Source: an uncultured Candidatus Saccharibacteria bacterium
Lineage (GTDB): Bacteria; Patescibacteriota; Dojkabacteria; GCA-002793355
Length of the DNA: 64,000 nt
Assembly: GCA_964525295.1 (NCBI GenBank)
Contig: CAZGEO010000001.1
Span: 504,662 to 568,661, forward strand
Reading direction: 5' to 3'
Below are positions 57,727 through 64,000 of this stretch, one piece after another. Under the pieces are notes generated by a model. That model was given only the letters and a program-made list of their open reading frames with translations, searched no databases and was not told the DNA's origin. Positions within the stretch are counted from its first letter, which is position 1. The number at the start of each line of letters is the position of its first letter. A program made the translations under genes and the position numbers.

Positions 57727-57846
57727 GATAAAGCATGAGGGAGGTAAAGAATTAAAGCAGTAAAACGGTAAAACACGGAAGCACTAGAGCATTAAAGCAT
57801 TAGAGTACTAAAGCGCTAAAGCAAGAAAGTAGGAAAGTTATAAAGC
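57727..57846. repeat. Octanucleotide tandem array (about 15 x NNTAAAGC-like units); its 3' end is the left boundary of the 5079-bp tandem duplication
   Basis: ...ggtaaaga attaaagc agtaaaac ggtaaaac acggaagc actagagc attaaagc attagagt actaaagc gctaaagc aagaaagt aggaaagt tataaagc. Confidence 0.7.
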
Positions 57847-57847
57847 G

Positions 57848-57876
57848 CAAAAAAATTAATGCTTTATCGCATTAAT
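57848..57876 (-). terminator. Intrinsic terminator of the nth-like gene: ATTAATGC-loop-GCATTAAT hairpin overlapping the stop codon, followed by U7 on the minus strand
   Basis: Plus strand gcgcAAAAAAATTAATGCtttatcGCATTAAT. An identical copy lies at 62927..62955. Confidence 0.5.
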
Positions 57877-58516
57877 CTGCTACCTTGTACTTGTTGAGAA
57901 TATTGTTTGGGTCTTTCATCTGAATGTGATTCGACAAGTGTTGTCCAACAAGCACGAGAATGCGGTTCGTTTTGATCCATAATTCTTTTGGAAGTTTCTT
58001 GCGTAAGGCAAATTCTGTTTGTTCAGGAGTTTTGGTTGTAACGTACCCAATATGATTCATGATGCGATGCACGTGAGTGTCAACACAAATTGCAGGAATG
58101 TCAAAAACTACCGATTGCACAAGATTTGCAGTTTTACGACCAACACCAGGGAGTTCGAGTAGCTGTTCCATTTCGCTAGGTACATTTCCTTGATATTTTT
58201 CGATGAGTATCGAAGAAAGTTCTTTGAGGTGCTTTGCTTTTGTCGTGTAAAAGTTGATAGGTCGGAGCAATTGTGCAAGCCTATCGATTGGTATTGCCAT
58301 CATTTTTTCGGGGGTACTTGCTTCTTGCCACAATCCAGGCATACGTGTATTCGTTAAGCTGTCTTTGGTTCTTGCAGAAAGTACTATCGAAACCAAGGTA
58401 AAAAAAGGTGATTTGTAGGTTTCATGAACTGCTTCTGCGAATGAAAGCGGCGCTTCAATCGATTGCAATTCTTTTTCAAGAGCTTCGTAAAATTCGGCTA
58501 TAGAAACAGTATTCAT
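57872..58516 (-). CDS. nth: Endonuclease III-like HhH-GPD DNA glycosylase/lyase lacking the C-terminal [4Fe-4S] Cys cluster (copy 1)
   Basis: HhH-GPD LLELPGVGRKTANLV with the catalytic Lys, VDTHVHRI with Asp, and no C-x6-C-x2-C-x5-C at the C-terminus. Confidence 0.75.
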   Translation of the reverse strand: MNTVSIAEFYEALEKELQSIEAPLSFAEAVHETYKSPFFTLVSIVLSARTKDSLTNTRMPGLWQEASTPEKMMAIPIDRLAQLLRPINFYTTKAKHLKELSSILIEKYQGNVPSEMEQLLELPGVGRKTANLVQSVVFDIPAICVDTHVHRIMNHIGYVTTKTPEQTEFALRKKLPKELWIKTNRILVLVGQHLSNHIQMKDPNNILNKYKVAD

Positions 58517-58548
58517 AAAATTCTTATTAACTTAATGTTACGTATCAC

Positions 58549-60204
58549 TTAGTAAATTGCGCACTTCACGTCAATGAAGTCGAAGTCGTTGATGCTGCTT
58601 AGTTTGTCGTTTGCTTGGCTTGCTACAGTAACGGTTGCCTGCGCTGCCTGGTATTCTGTGCAAGTTTTTTGTTCGGCGACCTCTGGTGGGTAGTAAACCA
58701 CAACAGGAATTAGGTTTTCTGCTAAACAGGCGTCTTTTCTGAAGAAGAGTATGCCATACCACATACAGCGATTGTATGACTCTTTTTTCTCATCAATTTC
58801 TGCTTGGGTTGGAAGGTTGAGGCTGGCAATTCCAGCTTTTCCGGTGACAGCACCTTGACCAACTACAATATAATCTGAATAATCGATTATTGAAGATATT
58901 GTTGAACCGACAAAAGCTCCTGTAAGAGGCATTATAACAAGTCCCGATTCTCCTTTCTCAGGTGATAGGATTTCCAATGCATTTGGTTCTGGAGCTGGAT
59001 TCGGTGTGGCTGTATTCGTTGGTGCATAAGTCGGGGTACTTGTTGCGGTTTGAGAGGGAGTATTAGTGGCAGTAGGTGTCGTTGTCTGTATTACTGTCAT
59101 TGAAGTACATTGACCATTAGATTCAATGTAGCCACTCGAACAGGTAGCATGTTCTGTGTCTGTAGCATCATAACAGGGGATCGAATTAGGTGTTCCTTTT
59201 TTAACAGTTCCGCTTTTTGGACATTGAGGTTCGCGTCTACATAAAACTCCAGATGCAGTAAATGGAGGCTTACACTCAAAGCGAGACGCATTTTGTTTAT
59301 CGTAACATTGTGTCGCATTTTTGACGTTGTTACCCACGGTTGGATAAGAACATTGTGGCGTTTTGAGGGTACTTGCAACACAAACCCCGTCTTTCAACAT
59401 ATATCCTGAATTGCATTCATTAAGCTCTTTATTGGTTTTATCGTAACAAGTATGTGAATAGAGTATAACTTTTGAGGTTGTTGCTCCAGAACATTGTGGC
59501 GTTTTGAGTATGATGGTTGGCGTCGGTGTGTGCCCTGTGCATTCACCTTCTTCGTGAGTGGATGTTGTTGTTGTGTATGCACAGCACTTCAAGGCATTGT
59601 TCCATTCTTCACCTGATCTACAGGTTGTTGGTGTTGTAGCAATGGTCGTTATTGCGGGGCATCGTGTTGTAGTTTTTGACAAAGCGGTTGCACCATTTGC
59701 TTTCTTTGCGCATCTATACATAAAGCCATCTCTACCACATCTATCGGGTGTGCCGAGATCACATTCATCCCCATCGTTTGCACTGCCAGTCGGCGCTACA
59801 GGTGTTGTTGTCGTTGGTACTGACGCTACTGAGACTCCACAGTCTTCTTCCATTTTGCCTGGACGATAACGATAATCTTTACCTTTAGGACTATCAGCAG
59901 GGCATCGTTCACCTAATTTTGTTTCGGGGCCGTAATATTCAACTGCTTTGGCTGGCGAAGTACATGAGCAGTTGCCCTGTTTGTTACAAACGGCAACTTT
60001 CTTGCTTCCGCAATCGAGGTCTGAAGGTTTTTTTGCTTTTTCAGCATTTTTGCTTTTTGCAAACGAACCAAACACAAATTCTTGCGTTTCAGTTCCTGAG
60101 ACAATAAACGTGGTTACCACAAGGAGCGAGAGCGCCGCGAATGCGATAATTACGTTCTTTACCGAGAAAACCTTAGCAATTGATGATTTTTTAACTTTTA
60201 CCAT
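58549..60204 (-). CDS. Secreted/membrane-anchored cysteine-rich modular protein: N-terminal signal-anchor, Cys-rich region, 3-4 tandem ~45-aa six-Cys modules (TPQCS..C.D...EC.SGY...G.C), Thr/Pro-rich linker, C-terminal domain
   Basis: Repeats KTPQCSGATT...CYDKTNKELNECNSGYMLKDGVCVA / KTPQCSYPT...CYDKQNASRFECKPPF..GVLC / PQCPKSGT...CYDATDTEHATCSSGYIESNGQCTS, then TTTPTATNTPSQTATSTPTYAPTNTATPNPAPEP. Confidence 0.7.
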   Translation of the reverse strand: MVKVKKSSIAKVFSVKNVIIAFAALSLLVVTTFIVSGTETQEFVFGSFAKSKNAEKAKKPSDLDCGSKKVAVCNKQGNCSCTSPAKAVEYYGPETKLGERCPADSPKGKDYRYRPGKMEEDCGVSVASVPTTTTPVAPTGSANDGDECDLGTPDRCGRDGFMYRCAKKANGATALSKTTTRCPAITTIATTPTTCRSGEEWNNALKCCAYTTTTSTHEEGECTGHTPTPTIILKTPQCSGATTSKVILYSHTCYDKTNKELNECNSGYMLKDGVCVASTLKTPQCSYPTVGNNVKNATQCYDKQNASRFECKPPFTASGVLCRREPQCPKSGTVKKGTPNSIPCYDATDTEHATCSSGYIESNGQCTSMTVIQTTTPTATNTPSQTATSTPTYAPTNTATPNPAPEPNALEILSPEKGESGLVIMPLTGAFVGSTISSIIDYSDYIVVGQGAVTGKAGIASLNLPTQAEIDEKKESYNRCMWYGILFFRKDACLAENLIPVVVYYPPEVAEQKTCTEYQAAQATVTVASQANDKLSSINDFDFIDVKCAIY

Positions 60205-60239
60205 AATTTCATAGTACCGAATCTATAAAACTTGTCAAG

Positions 60240-60947
60240 TCAATAGTCTTCGGCTTCTGCCACATCTTCAACGTATTCGAAAGGCATTTCTAAATATTCG
60301 TTTACAGTTTTTAGCGAAAAAGTGTCAAAGAGGTCTGTTCTTTGAGCAATTTCTTCTGCTGTATTCCAAATATTCTCTTGATGAGCGGTTTGTTGAATGA
60401 ATTCACCACCAATATCAGTAACTAAGTGACGGTAAAAAATTACATCTTGGACTGTTGATTCACCGTGCTTACGAATTTTATGATAAATATTGATCAGCTT
60501 AATATTTTTGGCAGTTAGGCCTGTTTCTTCAAAAAGCTCTCTGAGTACAGCATCTTTTAAAGTTTCGCCAAAGCGTACTTTGCCACCGAGAAAGCCAACT
60601 TTTCCATAATATGGTTGTCGAAGACGCTTTGAGAGTAAAAATTCATCGTGATTCGTGCCTGTACGTTTGCGTGTAACAATGAAGATAACGGAAGTCTTCG
60701 GCTGTTTTTCGATCTCTGTGATTGTGTCATCCATCAAATTTGCGTAATCTTTTCCGGTATCAGTTAATTCATAATGTCCATTTCTTCGGCGAACGAACTC
60801 AAGTTCCATCAATTTCTGTAGATGGTAATTCATGTGTTCGCTTTCAATTCCTTCGATTATTAGGTCGTTGAATCGAAGTGGATCTTTATGCAGAGTCAGC
60901 TTTCGCAAGAGCTCTTTTTGTAAATTGTGTAATTTTGTTTCTGTCAT
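60240..60947 (-). CDS. NUDIX hydrolase with N-terminal winged-helix domain (reverse domain order relative to NrtR)
   Basis: Nudix box GGKVRFGETLKDAVLRELFEETGL. N-terminal wHTH-like LQKELLRKLTL...FNDLI...YHLQKLMELEFV. Confidence 0.65.
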   Translation of the reverse strand: MTETKLHNLQKELLRKLTLHKDPLRFNDLIIEGIESEHMNYHLQKLMELEFVRRRNGHYELTDTGKDYANLMDDTITEIEKQPKTSVIFIVTRKRTGTNHDEFLLSKRLRQPYYGKVGFLGGKVRFGETLKDAVLRELFEETGLTAKNIKLINIYHKIRKHGESTVQDVIFYRHLVTDIGGEFIQQTAHQENIWNTAEEIAQRTDLFDTFSLKTVNEYLEMPFEYVEDVAEAEDY

Positions 60948-61083
60948 GATTGATTATTATGCGATTTTAGCATTGATTCAACTGAAAAATATTTTAGTAA
61001 GAGAAATAATCTGCGATATCGATTCTCCAAGTAATTGAGCATTAATGATTGATAATTAATAATTAAACAGGTTATAATCCTCA

Positions 61084-62883
61084 ATGCAGCGAACAATTTC
61101 ATCTCAACTCCTTCCTCTTGCAGGTCAAAAAGCACGCGTTGAAGGGTGGTTACATAACTTCAGGGAACTCGGAAAAATCGGTTTTTTGATACTTCGAGAT
61201 CGTGGTGGGTTGGTACAGGTAGTTGTTGATAACGCTGATTCGTTAAAGAAAATTAAGGATTTGCAACCAGGTTCAGTAATTCGAGCAATTGGTGAAGTAA
61301 AAGAAACAAAGGCAACAGACAATAAAGTGGAACTCGTGAATCCAGAAATTGAGGTGTTGGTTCCTATTCATGAAATTCCACCGGTCGCATATAACAAGAA
61401 GGGGCTTGATGTAAATATTGATACTGAGCTTGATTATCGTCCTTTGGTTATTCGCAACTTGAAGAAACAAGCGATATTTCGAGCGCAGGCAGTTATATTG
61501 CAAAAGTTCGCAGAATCACTACGGAATCAAGGGTTTACCGAATTTCGTTCCCCGGTTTTGATGAATGCGCCGTCTGAAAGTGGAGCAAGCGTTTTTGAAG
61601 TTAATTATTTTGAAGGAAAGGCATATCTTGCACAATCACCGCAAATATATAAGCAGATTATGGTTACTGCGTTTGAGCGCGCATTTTGCGTTGGTACGGT
61701 ATTTAGAGCAGAGAAACACAATACAACAAGGCACTTGATGGAGATTACTCAGATGGACGCAGAAATGGGCTTCATTGAGAATTATGATGAAGCAATGGAA
61801 GTAGCAGAAACCGTCATTCGTGACATTATGACTGCTGTTTCGTCACAATTCGAGAAAGAATTGGCAGAATATGGCGTAGATTTGCCCAAATTGCCGACAG
61901 AAAGATTTCCAAAAGTGAAAGTTAAAGAAGCATTGAAGATTATTGAAGAGCGCATCGGAAAAAGCGCAGCACGTGAAGAATTGGATCTTGATCCAGAAGA
62001 TGAGCGAGAATTAAGTAAATGGGCCCTAGAAAAGTTTAATTCAGACTTTTTGTGGGTACTGAACTTTAAAGGAAACAAGAACTTTTACACTTGGGATAAT
62101 CCAGAAGATGCAGAAGAATCATTGAGTTTTGACCTCGAGTTTCGAGGACTTGAAATGTTGTCTGGAACTCATCGTATTCATGATTATGAAAAACTACATG
62201 AAAGATTCTTGAAACAGGGGTTAACTGAAGCTTACTACGAACATTATTTTCAGGCCTTCAAATACGGTATGCCATCTGAAGCTGGATTTTCTTTCGGTCT
62301 AGAACGTTTGACCATGAAATTGTTCAACTTGCCGAATGTTCGAGAGGCTACATTGTTCCCTTCAGATTTGAAGCGAATAGCTGCAATGAACAGAATAAAG
62401 GAAGTTATCAAAGGTGAAAAAGAAGTTGTCGCTAAAATTAAGCAAATTCTCGATACTCGCGCGATGGAGTACACTTTCGAAGAACATGAAGCTGTACAAA
62501 CTAGTGAAGAAGCTGCAGCTTTGCGTGGCGTTCCTCTCTCTTCTGGAGCTAAAGCGCTCATTCTCAAGGGAAAAAAGAGCAGTAAGCATGTTATGGTTGT
62601 TGTTCCTGGAGATAAAAAACTCGATATGCGGGCAGTATCTGAAAAGGTCGGTGAAAAAGTTGAATTTGAAAAACCTGAAGCTATTCTCGATACTTACGGT
62701 ATTATGGTCGGTGGCGTGCCTCCATTCGGTAACGTTCTCGGAATGCGAGTGTTGCTAGATGAAAATGTTGCCAATAATCCAAAAGTTTCGTTTAATGCAG
62801 GAATGCGAACGTGCTCGATTTCGATGAATGGTGCAGATCTTGCCGAGGCAAATGAGGGAGAAATTGGGAAATTTAGTGCCTAG
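61084..62883 (+). CDS. Archaeal/eukaryotic-type aspartyl/asparaginyl-tRNA synthetase fused to a C-terminal YbaK/ProX-like aminoacyl-tRNA deacylase domain (about 62416-62883)
   Basis: N-terminal OB fold, class II motifs (QSPQIYKQ, FRAEKHNTTRHLMEITQMD, GLERL). C-terminal KALILKGKK..KHVMVVVPGDKKLDMRAVSEKVGEKVEF..PE....GIMVGGVPPFG....VLLDE....VSFNAG matches YbaK. Leaderless (TTATAAT 6 nt upstream). Confidence 0.8.
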   Translation: MQRTISSQLLPLAGQKARVEGWLHNFRELGKIGFLILRDRGGLVQVVVDNADSLKKIKDLQPGSVIRAIGEVKETKATDNKVELVNPEIEVLVPIHEIPPVAYNKKGLDVNIDTELDYRPLVIRNLKKQAIFRAQAVILQKFAESLRNQGFTEFRSPVLMNAPSESGASVFEVNYFEGKAYLAQSPQIYKQIMVTAFERAFCVGTVFRAEKHNTTRHLMEITQMDAEMGFIENYDEAMEVAETVIRDIMTAVSSQFEKELAEYGVDLPKLPTERFPKVKVKEALKIIEERIGKSAAREELDLDPEDERELSKWALEKFNSDFLWVLNFKGNKNFYTWDNPEDAEESLSFDLEFRGLEMLSGTHRIHDYEKLHERFLKQGLTEAYYEHYFQAFKYGMPSEAGFSFGLERLTMKLFNLPNVREATLFPSDLKRIAAMNRIKEVIKGEKEVVAKIKQILDTRAMEYTFEEHEAVQTSEEAAALRGVPLSSGAKALILKGKKSSKHVMVVVPGDKKLDMRAVSEKVGEKVEFEKPEAILDTYGIMVGGVPPFGNVLGMRVLLDENVANNPKVSFNAGMRTCSISMNGADLAEANEGEIGKFSA

Positions 62884-62885
62884 TA

Positions 62886-62925
62886 AGTAAAGCGCTAAAG
62901 CAAGAAAGTAGGAAAGTTATAAAGC
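62886..62925. repeat. Octanucleotide array (5 units), second copy at the duplication junction
   Basis: agtaaagc gctaaagc aagaaagt aggaaagt tataaagc, identical to 57807-57846 except for the first unit. Confidence 0.7.
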
Positions 62926-62950
62926 GCAAAAAAATTAATGCTTTATCGCA

Positions 62951-63595
62951 TTAATCTGCTACCTTGTACTTGTTGAGAATATTGTTTGGGTCTTTCATCT
63001 GAATGTGATTCGACAAGTGTTGTCCAACAAGCACGAGAATGCGGTTCGTTTTGATCCATAATTCTTTTGGAAGTTTCTTGCGTAAGGCAAATTCTGTTTG
63101 TTCAGGAGTTTTGGTTGTAACGTACCCAATATGATTCATGATGCGATGCACGTGAGTGTCAACACAAATTGCAGGAATGTCAAAAACTACCGATTGCACA
63201 AGATTTGCAGTTTTACGACCAACACCAGGGAGTTCGAGTAGCTGTTCCATTTCGCTAGGTACATTTCCTTGATATTTTTCGATGAGTATCGAAGAAAGTT
63301 CTTTGAGGTGCTTTGCTTTTGTCGTGTAAAAGTTGATAGGTCGGAGCAATTGTGCAAGCCTATCGATTGGTATTGCCATCATTTTTTCGGGGGTACTTGC
63401 TTCTTGCCACAATCCAGGCATACGTGTATTCGTTAAGCTGTCTTTGGTTCTTGCAGAAAGTACTATCGAAACCAAGGTAAAAAAAGGTGATTTGTAGGTT
63501 TCATGAACTGCTTCTGCGAATGAAAGCGGCGCTTCAATCGATTGCAATTCTTTTTCAAGAGCTTCGTAAAATTCGGCTATAGAAACAGTATTCAT
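62951..63595 (-). CDS. nth: Endonuclease III-like HhH-GPD glycosylase (copy 2, identical to 57872..58516)
   Basis: The 214-aa translation is identical. Confidence 0.75.
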   Translation of the reverse strand: MNTVSIAEFYEALEKELQSIEAPLSFAEAVHETYKSPFFTLVSIVLSARTKDSLTNTRMPGLWQEASTPEKMMAIPIDRLAQLLRPINFYTTKAKHLKELSSILIEKYQGNVPSEMEQLLELPGVGRKTANLVQSVVFDIPAICVDTHVHRIMNHIGYVTTKTPEQTEFALRKKLPKELWIKTNRILVLVGQHLSNHIQMKDPNNILNKYKVAD

Positions 63596-63627
63596 AAAAT
63601 TCTTATTAACTTAATGTTACGTATCAC

Positions 63628-64000
63628 TTAGTAAATTGCGCACTTCACGTCAATGAAGTCGAAGTCGTTGATGCTGCTTAGTTTGTCGTTTGCTTGGCTT
63701 GCTACAGTAACGGTTGCCTGCGCTGCCTGGTATTCTGTGCAAGTTTTTTGTTCGGCGACCTCTGGTGGGTAGTAAACCACAACAGGAATTAGGTTTTCTG
63801 CTAAACAGGCGTCTTTTCTGAAGAAGAGTATGCCATACCACATACAGCGATTGTATGACTCTTTTTTCTCATCAATTTCTGCTTGGGTTGGAAGGTTGAG
63901 GCTGGCAATTCCAGCTTTTCCGGTGACAGCACCTTGACCAACTACAATATAATCTGAATAATCGATTATTGAAGATATTGTTGAACCGACAAAAGCTCCT
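63628..64000 (-). CDS. 3' portion of a second copy of the cysteine-rich modular protein gene (truncated by window end)
   Basis: The C-terminal 71 aa are identical to the copy-1 C-terminus, and the frame stays open to the window edge. Confidence 0.6.
   Translation of the reverse strand, partial: GAFVGSTISSIIDYSDYIVVGQGAVTGKAGIASLNLPTQAEIDEKKESYNRCMWYGILFFRKDACLAENLIPVVVYYPPEVAEQKTCTEYQAAQATVTVASQANDKLSSINDFDFIDVKCAIY

Larger units (their letters stand above)
62888..64000. repeat. Second copy of a direct tandem repeat, identical to 57809..58921 (offset exactly 5079 bp), running to the window end
   Basis: The nth-like ORF and flanking nucleotides are identical in both copies. ORFs 63628..63843 and 63650..63841 equal the 3' end of 58549..60204 and 58571..58762. 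Confidence 0.85.

Noticed and set aside
1-64000. Alternative genetic code (UGA = Gly, code 25) as in some CPR lineages
   Set aside because: Long conserved genes (metG, ileS, dnaG, ftsK) are intact under the standard code, and UGA/UAA/UAG all terminate at sensible positions. Code 11 is therefore consistent.
1-64000. CRISPR arrays and rRNA genes
   Set aside because: No regularly spaced direct repeats with unique spacers were seen. The octamer arrays are contiguous microsatellite-like repeats without spacers. No rRNA-like conserved stretches were observed.

Overview
This is a low-GC, gene-dense bacterial window that looks like a Candidate Phyla Radiation (Saccharibacteria-like) genome. The supporting signs are many small two-TM T4SS-pilin-like paralogs, leaderless TATAAT-N5-7-ATG gene starts, UGA used as stop, and small housekeeping genes. 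Housekeeping content: metG, dnaN behind a DnaA-box-rich non-coding region (candidate oriC, no dnaA), dnaG, ftsK, murJ, trxB, trmB, uppS, ksgA, ileS, an archaeal-type Asp/Asn-tRNA synthetase, an ATP-dependent DNA ligase, cysteine desulfurase and a SufU-like scaffold. Accessory and unusual content: (1) a plasmid/phage-like integrated element next to tRNA-Ser(GCU) at 13.1-18.4 kb, carrying a large serine recombinase read antisense through the tRNA, a replication-relaxation protein, a Rep-like HTH protein and nested inverted repeats; (2) a decayed Type IIG/PglX-like N6-adenine methyltransferase N-terminal fragment fused in frame to a RibB-like::E1-alpha dehydrogenase gene; (3) IleRS with a ~150-aa NUDIX insertion; (4) AsxRS fused to a YbaK-like deacylase domain; (5) a perfect tandem segmental duplication (period 5079 bp, at least 1.1 kb visible) containing an Fe-S-less endonuclease III homolog and the 3' end of a cysteine-rich modular secreted protein, bounded by octanucleotide NNTAAAGC arrays; (6) a PAP2 phosphatase divergent from two tandem DPPR-synthase-like UbiA prenyltransferases. 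No rRNA and no CRISPR were seen; the one tRNA found is tRNA-Ser.
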